Under the pieces are notes generated by a model, which was given only the letters and a program-made list of their open reading frames with translations, did no database searches and was not told where the DNA came from. The translations under genes and the position numbers were made by a program. A stretch of 64,000 bases of DNA from Rhynchobatus australiae (lineage: Eukaryota), in contig JAUZTB010000127.1 of NCBI GenBank assembly GCA_034780895.1, forward strand, positions 74,213,071 to 74,277,070, in the 5' to 3' direction. Shown one piece after another: positions 26,431 through 39,045 of the stretch; positions within the stretch are counted from its first letter, which is position 1; each line of letters opens with the position of its first letter.

Positions 26431-27398
26431 CAAGGACTGCATTGACAGTCCCAGTTAAGGTGACTGTAGCAATGATTTTTTTGTACTGGCTTCTTCCACG
26501 GTTTAACTGAAATTTTCACATCTCTCATTAAGGAGGTCACTGGCAATATCTATTCAAGGAGAACCAACTATATGTCATTTTTGTTTACCAAACAGAGAGC
26601 ATGTACGGTAAAGAGTGACACTGGCTGTAGATCTCTTGCTATGTTAGTCCCACATACGGCTTCAGTGTTACTCTGGAAACCAGATGTATTCCACTCAACT
26701 ATTATTCAGCTGTGCATGACCATGGACAGCAAATACAGCACAGGAACAGGCCCTTTAGCCCACATTGTCTGTGCCAATCATGATGCCAATTGAAAACTGC
26801 CATCTGAATGCACATTGTCCATATCCCTCTATTCCGTCTTTTCATTTGTTCGTATCAGCTTCCACCACTGGCAGTGCATTCCAATCATCTACCTCTCTCT
26901 ATGTAAAAATCTTGCCTCACACATCTCCTTTAAACTGTGCTTCTTACACTTTAAACCTACTNNNNNNNNNNNNNNNNNNNNNNNNNNNNNNNNNNNNNNN
27001 NNNNNNNNNNNNNNNNNNNNNNNNNNNNNNNNNNNNNNNNNNNNNNNNNNNNNNNNNNNNNNNNNNNNNNNNNNNNNNNNNNNNNNNNNNNNNNNNNNNN
27101 NNNNNNNNNNNNNNNNNNNNNNNNNNNNNNNNNNNNNNNNNNNNNNNNNNNNNNNNNNNNNNNNNNNNNNNNNNNNNNNNNNNNNNNNNNNNNNNNNNNN
27201 NNNNNNNNNNNNNNNNNNNNNNNNNNNNNNNNNNNNNNNNNNNNNNNNNNNNNNNNNNNNNNNNNNNNNNNNNNNNNNNNNNNNNNNNNNNNNNNNNNNN
27301 NNNNNNNNNNNNNNNNNNNNNNNNNNNNNNNNNNNNNNNNNNNNNNNNNNNNNNNNNNNNNNNNNNNNNNNNNNNNNNNNNNNNNNNNNNNNNNNNNN

Positions 27399-27471
27399 GT
27401 AGTTATTAATAAAGTAGTTTTTAACACTTATACATGTCTCGGTGTGTTTCTGTTGTTGCTGGTACGTAACA
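27399..27471 (+). mobile_element. 3' end of LTR family A
   Basis: Closely matches 32295-32367 (gtagttattaataaa...ggtgtgtttc...gttgctgg) and ends in gtaaCA; the rest lies in the gap. Confidence 0.8.
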
Positions 27472-28176
27472 CTTGCTGTATCATTTGACAATTTTCCTCA
27501 CAATTCACAACTCCACCAATTTTCATGTCATCTACAAACTTACTAATCAGACCACCTGTATTTACATCCAAATCATTTATATAAAAAAAGTCACAAACAT
27601 CCTTGCAGAAAACCACTGGTCACAGATCCCCAGTCAGAGAAACACCCTTCCATCATTACCTTCTGTCTTCTATGACCAAGCCAATTTTGTTATCTAACTT
27701 ACCAACTCACCATAGATCCCATATGACTTAATCTTACAAACCAACCTACCATGAGGGACCTTGTCAAATGTTTTACTGAACTCCATGTAGACAACATCCA
27801 CTGGCCTACCCTCACCAATCATCTTAGTGAGACAGAACCTCCCCCACACAAAGCCATGCTTACTTTCCCTAATGAGTCCATGGCTTTCCAGATGCAAATA
27901 AACCTTGTCCCTCAGAATCTTCTCCAATAATTTCTCTACCACTGATGTAAGGCTCACCAGGCTATAATTTCCTGGCTTGTTCCTGTAGTCCTGCTTAAAC
28001 AAGGAAGCAACATCGGCTTTTATCCAGTCCTGTGGCTTAAGAGGATAGAAAGATCTCTGCCAAGGCCTAACCAATCTCCTTTCCTTGCCTCCCTCAGTAT
28101 CCTGGGATAGATTCTGTCAAACCCCGGGGATTTATCCGCCTTAACATTTCTCAATATACACAACATCTCCTCCTTC

Positions 28177-28744
28177 TGTCATGGTTCAGGATTCTGGTCC
28201 TCAATTTGGTTCCTTTAACACCTTGTTGTATTGCACATGGATTCCATGCTGGACTGTTTGCATAATGACACACACCTGAGTCCCATCAGGGGCCTAGCAT
28301 AAGTACCTGNNNNNNNNNNNNNNNNNNNNNNNNNNNNNNNNNNNNNNNNNNNNNNNNNNNNNNNNNNNNNNNNNNNNNNNNNNNNNNNNNNNNNNNNNNN
28401 NNNNNNNNNATGGATTCCATGCTGGACTGATTACATAATAACACACACCTGAGCCCCATCAGGGGCCTAGCATAAGTACCTGTGTTGCCTGGAACTAGTT
28501 GCCAGAGTATTGGTCTATCTTTGGCTTCTAGTTGCTTAGAGTGGTTTACTCTAGAGCAGTCCTGTGTTCTCTATTCCTTTTTGAAGATCCAGTTTGTGTT
28601 GAGATTCCTACTCAGATCTCTGAGGCAAGAGTCCTTCCAGTTGCTGCCTGTGTTTACCCTGAGGAAGTATCCTGACTCCGGTCTTGTACCAGTGTGCCAC
28701 AGTTGGGTTCTCTGCAAGCTTGCTCTTTACTCAACATTGTGAAT
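28177..28744 (+). mobile_element. LTR-like family B element with 5-bp TSD
   Basis: Starts TGTCATGG; CCTTC is duplicated at 28172-28176 and 28745-28749; inserted in a CR1; paralogous to 33249-33538 and 46666-47055. Confidence 0.8.
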
Positions 28745-29589
28745 CCTTCTTAATATCAACACACCCCTCCCTAATCTCACCATCATCCATGTCCTTCTCC
28801 CTGGTGAATACTGATGCAAAGTGCTCATTAATGACCTCACCCCACTATCTCTGGATCTATGTATAAATTCCCTCCAATGACCTTGAGTGGACCTACTCCT
28901 TTCCTAGCTACGTTCTTGCTCCTAATATACAGATAACATGACCTTAATCCTACTTGCCAAGGACATTCCATGGCCCCTTTTAGTCCTCCTAGTTCCTTGT
29001 TTAAGTTGTTTCCTGCTTCCTTTGTATTCTTCAATCGTTCTGTCTGATTTCAGCTTCCTCGACCTTGCATGTGCTTCCTTTTTCTCTCCACAGCTGTTAT
29101 TTTTAGGTCATATGAATTGTATAATTATATGCAGATTGTATAATTATAGTTAAATTGGGAGTACACAGTCAGAATGACACATCACCAAGCTACCATTACA
29201 ACTTTACTACTCCAGTATACTGTATATGTACAAAAAGTCTTGTGTACCTGGACCAAATGACTACAGGACATTGGCAGCCAATGTTATTAACTTGCTGGAA
29301 AACATCTTTCGAAACAAGATATTCTTAAATATTGGTGGTGTTTCCCAACTGATTGGTTCATTTACTCTCCTTGAGGACTGTAACATTTTAACTGATTGCA
29401 GATTGAATATTCGCATTTCCATATCCAGTAAACTACTTTTTATATAGTAAACTGACTAAATTGTTCTGGCCAGATATTCTAGTAAGCAATGATAAACTAA
29501 ACAAAACCACAAACCATGGTGCATACCTACCATGTGAGGAGATGTCAATGATGCCTCATTAAAATGTTATTATACAAGTGGCCATCATA

Positions 29590-29935
29590 TAGGATGGTGC
29601 AGCTGGTAGAGTTGCTGCCACACAGCTCCTGTGACTCCATTTTCACTTTGACCTCTAGTTCTCACTGTGTGGAGTTTGCTCGTTTTCCCTCTGATTCCCA
29701 CGAGTTTCCCCGGGTGCTCTGGTTTCCTCCCACATCCCTGAGACAAGGGTTAACTGGCTGCTGAGAGTTGCCCCCTCTGTAGGTGGGCGGCAGGAGAACG
29801 AGGAGCTGGGGGAAGATGATGGAATGTGAGAAAGAATAGATTTCAAGGACATAAATAGGAGATTGGGAGACTGATGGGAATGCTGAGAGATGGCATTGAA
29901 TTGATGTATGAATGGCTTCCTTCTCTGTCATAAGA
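29590..29935 (+). mobile_element. V-SINE (HE1-like), near full length
   Basis: tRNA-like head ggtgcagctggtagag, V-domain tgtgtggagtttgc...ccgggtgctctggtttcctcccacatccc, and 3' tail. Confidence 0.85.
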
Positions 29936-31129
29936 ATAAAATGAGAATCCAAATGCGAGATTTTGCTTTTATTGTTCCTTCCACTCAATATATCACTCTT
30001 TTGAATCTCTCTGCATACTTTTACTCTGATGCATGTTTTTAGGGGAACTACACAGTCCACGGAGTTTATATCTGTCTAGGTGTTATCCCGCAACTCCTCC
30101 TACACATCTGCCCTGCCACCCTCACATCTCACTATTCTGCAGTCTAGGTATGTCAACAATCTCATCAGTACCTGGATTGCCAGCAGCAGAGGCTATCTGC
30201 TTGCACAAAGGCTGGGAGGTTCTGATAACCATGGGAGAGGGGTTTGACTGTCATACTATGTAACATTTGAGTGTATGTAAAATTGTTTGGTGCCTCTTTA
30301 AGAATTGTACCATATAACCTACTACTCTCTGTGTAAAAAAATTAACAAAGTCCAACAATTAGGGCAGAATATTCCAGCTAGACTCTCTATCCACCCTGAG
30401 GAGAAAGCGTCTGCTCATGAATCAATGAACTGCTAATGAACAGTCGACAAATGTTGCTTTGTCCTAAACCTTCATTTGTTAGTCCAAATAATTCACTATC
30501 TTCCATTATCTTACTGAGTAAATGAGAAAAAGATACTGACACACACTGGGTGGTCGGAAGTTCAGCTGTTCAGCAATCAGTAAGCAACTCCACTGAGACA
30601 ATCACTTGCCAACTCAAAATGCAGATAAATAGGTCTGTCAGAGGTTCCAGCCAATGACCTTCACTTGATTGTTGTTACCATATGCTACATCAGGTGGCAG
30701 TAGAGATCCATTACTTCAAGGATTGAGTATCAAGAAGAGGCCATAGAGAAACCATGGAGTAGAAAAATTCAGAGTAAATACTAAATAGAGAAGAAGGTAG
30801 TACCTCTTTCACAAACTCACTAATTCACTCAGTCACTCTTTCTCTTTCCCTCTCATTATATCTTGGACAAAAATATATCATTAACATATTACTGCTGTCA
30901 GGACCATGACAATGAAAATGCTGGGAGGCCGATTGCCCTTGTGAAGGAATCTGGAACTAGGGACCATAGTCCCAGAATAAGTGGTGACACATTTAAGATG
31001 GAGATGGGATAAATTTCTTAGCTCAAAGGATCATGAATCTCTGGAATTCTCTACCCCATGAAACTGTAGAGGCTGAAGCATTGAAGACATGCTTATAGAT
31101 CTTATCATGGAATTGGGTACAATTATCCA

Positions 31130-32710
31130 TTATCCCTTCTTCCCAACATACAGGAATCCAAAGAGTACTTCCAGGTGAAGGAGCAATTCACACACACCCT
31201 TCCAATTGGTTGTGATGTATTTGGTACTCTTGATATGATCTCCTCTACATTGGAGAAACCAAGCATAAATTAAGTGACTGTTTTGCAGAATATCTTCACT
31301 CTGTCTGCCTGTCACTTTAAATCTTTGTCCCACTTCCATTCTAACCTCTCCATCTTCAACCTTCTACATTGCTCCAACACAAGCTTAAGGGGCAACACCT
31401 CATCCTCTATCTGGACACCTTGTAGCCCCTGGGATTTGTTATGAACTAGGTTACTATTGGTGAATGTCCCTTTAAGATAGAGCATAGTGGTGTGTGTGTG
31501 TGTATGGCATGGTTTCAACAACAAAAGATAAAGGATGTAATAACATTTTTGAAGCAGTCAGTCAGAGAAAGAGAGAGAGAGAAAAATGGTAACTACGTCT
31601 GTCACTACAATCCATGGATGGATTTTTGGAATAATCTGGTGGAGTCCACTTTGTCATTAACCTGTAGAGGGAAACAGGTGTTTGTGTGGACGGCCACGTC
31701 TCCAATGCCTTTCGGGGTGGCAGATACTTAGGAACCAAGCAGTGGAGTTCACTTTATTGTTGACCTGTAGAAGGAAACAGGTATTTGTGTGGACAGCCAT
31801 GATTTGAGTGCCTTTCGGGGTGGCAGATGCAGTGGAGTTGTCACTGCTGAGTAGATACTGAGGTGTCGTTTGGGTTCCAAAGTGGAACATTTGGATTTCG
31901 TAATTACTCTCTATTTTCCCTCTACGTTTTGTCTTCAGTCAACGGTGGTTGTTGAAGAAGCCTTTGCTCACGTTTCACCTTACAGCTTGCTGAACTGAAC
32001 TTTGAGAATTATTCCTGGACGTGGAGTTTGGGAATTTGCCACACACACACACACAAAAACACGAGTTTGGTTTTTGGGGTTAATGTTTAAGATTTAACAT
32101 TTTTACTTCTAACATTCTAACATTTTTACTTTTATTTTTCTTATTANNNNNNNNNNNNNNNNNNNNNNNNNNNNNNNNNNNNNNNNNNNNNNNNNNNNNN
32201 NNNNNNNNNNNNNNNNNNNNNNNNNNNNNNNNNNNNNNNNNNNNNNACTTCTAACATTCTAACATTTTTACTTTTATTTTTCTTATTATCATAAGTAGTT
32301 ATTAATAAAATAGTTTTTAACACTTATATATGACTTGGTGTGTTTCTTTTGTTGCTGGTTCATGACAGATTCAACAATGAAATCTACAATTTCAGTGTCT
32401 ACCCTTTATTTCTCTCTCCTCAGAAGTAGCTGTACCCTTCAGTTTCTTTTTCTCTTTTTCCCTCTGTCTCGAACTGCCAGTTTTTAAAGTAATCATTATC
32501 CTGACAACTTTGGTCTGCTCCCTCCGACAACATTCCCTCTATTCCTTCCACCCCTCCCCCTACTGCAACTTAAAACATACATGTTTCCTCAATCTTCTGG
32601 TTCTGATGAAGAATCTTTGACCTGAATTGTTACTCTTGCTTCCACTGTTCTTTCTTCATGCTTCTGGCATTTTTGATTTTTGTTTTGGAATTTCAGCACC
32701 TGCAAGTTTT
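31130..32710 (+). mobile_element. Penelope-like 3' fragment (GIY-YIG region and terminal repeat) split by an LTR
   Basis: LYIGETKHKLSDCFAEYLHSV at about 31243-31305. The sequence resumes at 32372 and includes CTGATGA at about 32603. Confidence 0.8.
31437..32367 (+). mobile_element. LTR family A (Gypsy-like), apparently solo, 4-bp TSD
   Basis: Termini TGTTATGAAC...GTTCATGACA (9/10 inverted); GATT duplicated at 31433-31436 and 32368-32371; AATAAA near 32304; internal tandem duplication of about 100 bp at about 31639-31830. Confidence 0.85.
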
Positions 32711-33248
32711 TGCTCCAATAATGAAATATGTTGTTATCCCTTTAAAGCAAACAAACTAAATAGTTTCAAATGATAAATAGAGAAAAGGAATTGAAGACAA
32801 TGGTGAGAGAACCAGTTACAAATAGGAGCATAATTTCTTGTTTCTCTTTCTAGCTGTTTTCTATAATCTCCTGAATAAAGCCTTCAAGATAAAAATTAAA
32901 GAGAAAATTGAACTGCTGGAAATACACAGCATACCAATTATCTGCGCTTAATATTGATCATGTTAATTTGTGGGAGCCTTTCTTCATTGGCTGTGACTCC
33001 TGTAATATCAGCACCCGAGAAGACTTGCTTTTCCAGAATGAATTTTACCCTGTTCTGCAGTCCAGCCATCCAAGACAGAAGTCAATTCTATCTTTGTGTT
33101 TCGTGCAGAGGCTGCAAGAGATTAAAGGAGTAGGGTGCGGTATTTCATNNNNNNNNNNNNNNNNNNNNNNNNNNNNNNNNNNNNNNNNNNNNNNNNNNNN
33201 NNNNNNNNNNNNNNNNNNNNNNNNNNNNNNNNNNNNNNNNNNNNNNNN

Positions 33249-33538
33249 GATTCCATGCTGGACTGATTACATAACGACACACACCTGAGCCCCATCAGGG
33301 GCCTAGCATAAGTACCTGTGTTTCTGCAGCACTAGTTGCTAGAGTATTGTTCTACCTTTGGCTCCTAGTTGTTTAGAGCAGTCCTGTGTTCTCTATTCCT
33401 TTCTGCAGATCTCTGAGGCAAGATTCCTTCCGGTTGCTGCCTGTGTTTTGTCCCGAGGAAGTATCCTGACTCTGGTCTTGTATCGGTGTGCTGCATTTGG
33501 GTTCTCTGTGAGCTTGCTCTTTGCTCAACATCGTGACA
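33249..33538 (+). mobile_element. LTR-like family B, 5' end lost in a gap
   Basis: Homologous to 28410-28744; ends caacatcgTGACA. Confidence 0.8.
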
Positions 33539-35497
33539 AAGATATATTAGGAGTTTGTTTACATGTATGCATCTTATAAGTTTCCTGTCATTCATGGTTC
33601 TGCTATTCCATTTTCAGCAGCCTGATTTTACCATGCTGTCATCACAACATTTTATTTTTAATGTTTATTTTTGGGATGAGGCATCTTTTGAAAGAATTAT
33701 AACAAAAGCAGGTGCTGGACATCTGAAATATGAAAAAAAATGCTGGAAAAACTCAGCCTCTGTCAAGCACCCTCTGTAGATAGAGAAATAGTTAACTAAG
33801 TTTTGAGACCCTTCATCAGAACTGATGCCATTCAAAGGGCCAGCTTTCATTAACTGTCCTCCTCTGGGGAGTAGCAAACTGAGAAACATGGCAGAAATTT
33901 GCTGCAGCTGCTTGGGATGATCCTGTGGCAAGGAAGCTGAGAGTCAATGTGGCCTTGACCTCCATGGAGAGACCAGGTATCAGAACTTAATTGTGGATCT
34001 TCCCACAGAATTTCATTTATCTTTATGAATACAGCCTTGAAAAACATAACCTTGTGAATGCACTGTTCATCCAAGATAGGATGGATATGGTGTCTCTGAA
34101 GATACTGTTGGGGTAGACTCTTCACATGTCTGTGTCTCCTGCCCCAAGATCTGCTCAGAGAAACACTTCTGGTAATTAAGTATTGCCAATCATGTTACTA
34201 CATTGTTACCTATTGAATGAATACACCAGCAGTTAAATTCTGCAAAAATCATTCCTTTTCTTTTTAGACACTTTGCATGTTCTTTTGAAGTCAGTTCATA
34301 AGTTGTCTAGTCAAATATCTCAATGTCAAGAATGCCTCTACAAATTGCAAGAAAAACAACAATCTAGTATGATGTGCTCCAAGCTGAGTCATTGTGTGAA
34401 GCTTAGAGCTCCAGTTCATGTTGGATTCATGAGAAGTGGGTGTTGTACAGATTATGACATCATTAGTTGTGTTAATGATGCAGTGAAAAAATTAAGTGCA
34501 CCAATGTGGATTAAAACGAAAAGTGCTCCATCCAGTTTCACAATTCCACCTAAAAATGTTTGTTAGCATGATCTAGTCCAGAAAAATCAGATCACACTGT
34601 ACAGAATGAGAACAGTACTGCAAGATCCAAGTTCTAGACTAAGGTGTTCTGACCTTTCATAAACTCTTCCACCTTATCCACCTCTCTTTTTTTGCAAAAA
34701 CAAAATCACTTGGATATTCAATGCCTCTCATTAGACCACAACCATCCAATATTCTGCTTGAAAAGAGTGGAGTAATACAACATGCAATAGTCCACCAGTG
34801 ATCTCAGAGGTGTCAAATAATTTTGAAAAAGACCTTTCAGGATTTGCATATTGTCCCAACAGTTAACATCATCAGCATCCATGCACCCATTCAGGAATAG
34901 ATTTGATTATGCACATATCTGGAGTAAAGTGGTTTGGATGCTACCAATAAGATTACTAAAATCCTGAGTGATGACCCCTGAAATGAAATATAGATATATT
35001 TTAAATATGCATTGGTTTAATTTATGACCATCTCCTCTCTCTTGAAGTTTTTAAACTTCTGGTACCATATAATTGTTTGGAATCAGTGCAAAGGTCACCT
35101 CCACCCATATGTTACATCTCTTCAGAATCTTCTTACTTCTCGGACTAAAATCTGCTGCTGTCTTTGCTATAAGTGAGACTCTGCAGATTTGGAAGCTCTG
35201 TACCCTGATGGTAGCACCACTACAAATTCCAGTTGAAAGAAAAGCTTGTCAAACCCTTTCAGTCAATTAAATAGAAGAATTGTATTTGCTTCCCTGAGCT
35301 CCAGAGGTGAGCTTTCGGTAACACCAAGAAACAACCCAAAGTGTTGCATTACAAGTGGTGTGAGCAAGAAAAATCTGAATCAGCTCAAATATATTGCTCA
35401 GTTTGCATTCAAATCATTTATAACATATTATACACTACAGCATTTCCACTGAGAAAGTAATAGAAATCTCACAATTGAAAAAGACAGAAGTAATAAC

Positions 35498-37475
35498 TAG
35501 AGACACATGAGAGACTGCAGATGCTGGAAATCTGGAGCAACAAACACTAAGCACTGGAGGAACTCAGCAGGTCAGGAAGGAAATGAACAGTCGACGTTTC
35601 AGGCCGAGACCCTTCATTAGGACTGGAAAGGAAGAGGGCAGAGGTCAGAATAAAAGGGTTGGGGTGGGGGAGGAGCACAAGCAGACAGGTGATAGGTGAA
35701 TCGAGGTGAGGGGGGAAGGTAGGTAGGTGGGGTTGAAAGGGAGTGATGTGACAAGCTGGGAGGTGATAGCTGAGAGAGGCAAAGGGCTGAAGAAGAAGGA
35801 ATCTGATAGGAGATGACAGTAGGCCATGGAGTGAAGGGAGGGAGGAGGGCAGGTCATGAGGGTGAGGGAGGAGAAAAGGGAGAAGGGGCCACAGGAATGA
35901 GGGAAAACAAAAAGGGGGAGGAGGGAAAACAAAAGGGGGGAGAAGGAAAAACAGGTGAGAATAGTCACCAGAATTTAGAGAAATCAATGTTAATGCCATC
36001 AGATTGGAAACTACCAAGACAGAACGTGAGGTGTTGCTCTTCCAATCTGTGTCTGGCCTCAATGTGGCAGTAGAAGAGGCCAAGGACAGGCATGTCAGTG
36101 TGGGAATGGGAAGTGGAATTAAAATGCCTGGCCTCCAGGAGATCCTGGCTTTTGCGGCAGATGGAATGAAGGTGTTCGGCGAAGCGGTTCCCCCGAACTG
36201 CATCGGGTCTCACCAATGTAAGAGGAAGCCACACCAGGAGCACAGGAGACAATGAGTGACCCTGACGGATTCACACATGAAGCACTGCCTCACCTGGAAG
36301 GACTGTTTCACGCACTGAATAATGGTGAGAGAGGAGGTGTAGGGGCAGGGTGTAACACTTAGCACGGTTGCAGGGTTAAGTGCCTGGAGGGATTAATCGG
36401 TGGGGAGGGACGTGTAGACAAGGGAGTCACAGAGAGAGTGATCCCTGCGGAAAGTGGAGGGGAAGATGTGCCTGGTGGTGGGATCTTGTTGGAGGTGGCA
36501 GAAGTTGCACAGAATAATGTGTTGGATTGGGAGGGTGGTATGTGAGGACAAGGGGAACCCAATCCTTGTTATGTCAGGTAGGGGGGGGATGAGCTGAGGG
36601 CAGACATACTGAAAGTGGAGGAGTTGTGGGTAAGGACTGCATTGATAGTAGTGGAGGGGAAAAGAGGACATCTCGGATGTCCTGGAATGAAAAGCCTCTC
36701 ATGGGAACAGATGTGGCAGAGGCGGAGGAACTGAGCGAAGGGAATAGCATCCTTGCAAGTGACAGGGTGGGAAGAGGTGTAGTCAAGGTAACTGTGGGAG
36801 TCAGTGGGTTTGTAAAAGATGTCAGCAGTTAGTCAGTCTCCAGAGATGGAGACAAAGAGATCAAGACAGGGGAAAGAGGATGGACCATGTAAATTTGAGG
36901 GCAGGGTGGAAGTTGGAGGCAAAGTTGGTGAAATTGATGAGCTCAACATAAGTGCAGTCGTCAATGCAGCGGAGAAAGATTTGGGGAGCATTACTGGTGT
37001 AGGCTTGGAACATGGACTGTCCCATGTAGCCAACAAAAAGGCAGGCATAGCTGGGGCCCATGGCTACACCTTTAGTTTGAAGGAAGTGGGAGGAACTGAA
37101 AGAGAAGTTGTTGAGGGTGAGCACCAGTTCAGCCAGACGGAGGAGGGTGGTGGTGGAGGGGAGCCGGTTAGGTCTGTTGTCAAGAAAGAAGCAGAGAGCC
37201 TTGAGGCCTTCCCGATGGAGATGGAAGTGTACAGGGACTGGACGTCCATGGTGGAAATGAGGCAGCCAGTGCTGGGGAACTGAAAGTTGTTGAAGCGATG
37301 GAGGGCATGCAAAGTGTCACAAATGTAGGTGGGAAGGTACTGGACCAAAGGGGACAAAATGGAGTCAACATATGAGGACACTAGTTCAGTGGGGAAGGAG
37401 CAGGCAGAAACAATTTTGTGTGTGTGTTGCTCCAGATTCCAGCTTCTGTTGCAGCAGAACCTCTCACATCTCCAT
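35498..37475 (-). mobile_element. Penelope-like retroelement, 5'-truncated, frameshifted
   Basis: RT motifs MDVQSLYTSI, FLQTKGVAMGP, FLRCIDD, FHPALKFTWS, LDLFVSI; endonuclease end RFAEHLHS...ARHFNSTSHS...RLEEQHL.F.LGSFQSDGINIDFS; 3' terminal repeat with a hammerhead. Confidence 0.92.
35588..35625 (-). ncRNA. Minimal type I hammerhead ribozyme motif with a mutated core
   Basis: CAGTC-CTAATGA-AGG-gtctcgg-CCT-GAA-AC-GT-C-GACTG: 5-bp stem I, 3-bp stem II, palindromic ACGT stem III, GUC cleavage site. The core reads CUAAUGA instead of CUGAUGA. Confidence 0.8.
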
Positions 37476-37650
37476 AGATGGGAGGCTCATTTGCATGATG
37501 AACTGGGCTGCGTTCACAACGCCCTGCAATTTCTTCTGGTGGAGCAGTTGCCGTACCAAGCTGTGAAGCATCCAGCTGGGATGCTTTCTATGGTACATCT
37601 GTAAAAATTGATGAGGGTCATTTGGCATCATTCCAAATTTCCTTAGCCAT
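37476..37650 (-). mobile_element. Rex1-like LINE fragment
   Basis: NFYRCTIESIPAGCFTAWYGNCS; homologous to 6570-6740. Confidence 0.8.
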
Positions 37651-38439
37651 CCAAATGACATTTTCTAGCCATTTCAATGCTGTTTCTCAATGCTATTTTC
37701 CAGCACTAATCACATATCCTTTGATAGAATCAAAGTTGGAGTTTGTGGTGGATTTGGAATTTGTGACGTTTCTGGATTGTAAATACACTGAGTATGCAGG
37801 GAGGAGAAGGATCAATATCAGCCTGTTGCCTCCTTGGAGTTTGTGGGCTTTCAGATGTGATATTAGGCAGGATTTGTATCAACCTGTGCAGAAACATACA
37901 AATGACGGCATGTTGCTACTTGAAGAAAAGCAGTGATAACAGGGAAAGCTAATTTTGGAGGTAATGCAAAATGAGTTTCGCAATCAACTTTTTAAGATGG
38001 TGTGGGCTGTAAGCAGCTTTCCTGGTAATTGTCAAATGGAATTCTGGTAAGCTCATAGTGGATCAGTCAGTAGCTACTCATGGTTTCACACCAGTCCTCT
38101 GATGGAAGTCAGAGAGGAGACTCCAACCACGTTTCAATCTTCCTTAAACACGTAAACTAAACTGAGGAAATTCAAGTCTGTTCGAGGGTAAACTGAGGTC
38201 AGTCTAATATCAGGCACAAGAAACAGAGTGGATCACTGCTTGGCTTTGGTGCAGGAAGCAGAGGCTGGAATTAAAGAGTAGCCAATCACAGTGGAAGAAG
38301 GTGGGCAGAGGTGAAAGTGTGCTGGCATGTTGTTTGATAAGAAGGTGGCTGACACAAATCAGTACAAGTGGATTAAATCACTATTGTTAGCAACACAACA
38401 GTCCCTGTAAGAAATTCAAGTTATTTTCAACCCTAAGGG

Positions 38440-39045
38440 TAGATAATGGTTTTCCACAGGGATCAGTGTGGGGATCACCAAAATTCACAACTCACTTAAG
38501 CAATTGAGAGTCGGGAATCAAAACCATGATTTCTAAATTTGGAGATGATACTAATTGCTGTGGAGATAGTCCATACAGAGGAGCACTGCAACAAATTGCA
38601 GGAGGACATTAATAAATTTGCAGAATGGGGAAATAGTTGGCAAATGAAGTTCAGCACAGAAAAACAGGGGAGTGCTAAATTTTGGTAGGAAGGATAAACA
38701 AAGGAACCTTGGAGTTCAAATACACCAATCACTAGAAGTTGCACCTGTTAGCAGACCAATGAAAAAACAAACTAAACAGAATGGTTTATTTTCAGATGTG
38801 TAGATTTCAAAAGGCAGCAAGTTATCCCAAGCCTTTTTTGATCTTTGGTTTGGCTACTCTCGAGAATAGTAAAGTCTTGTTGCCATGTATTAAAATACAT
38901 ATAGAGACACCAGAGAGGATGCAGAGAAGATTTACAAGGATACCACTAAAAAATGTGAGGGAAGCCAAAGCAGGAAGGGATGATTGGACAGGGCCTATTA
39001 ACAGAGATCTTAAAAATTATGAAAGGTTCTGACAGAATGGATTCA
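38440..39045 (+). mobile_element. Old CR1 RT fragment
   Basis: GFPQGSV, ISKFGDDT, LQEDINKFAEW, ERMQRRFTR. Confidence 0.8.

Larger units (their letters stand above)
26720..29085 (-). mobile_element. CR1 LINE interrupted by two LTR-like insertions and gaps
   Basis: 3' tail at 26720-26960; RT motifs YINDLD, KFVDDMK, PGNYSLVSLTSVV and FSKTFDKVPHGRL (ORFs 27428..27616 and 27694..28074); resumes at 28745. Confidence 0.9.

Noticed and set aside
26765-27491. Long ORFs full of X (also at 466-913, 16144-16577, 20654-21115, 24230-24773, 60634-60918)
   Set aside because: Artefacts of reading through N gaps.
29590-29670. tRNA-like sequence
   Set aside because: It is the decayed head of a V-SINE and does not form a full cloverleaf. 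The same applies near 19860, 25000 and 59400.
35547-37381. Active Penelope element
   Set aside because: RT and endonuclease motifs are spread over several frames with stops, the YIDD motif reads CIDD, and the 5' end is missing.
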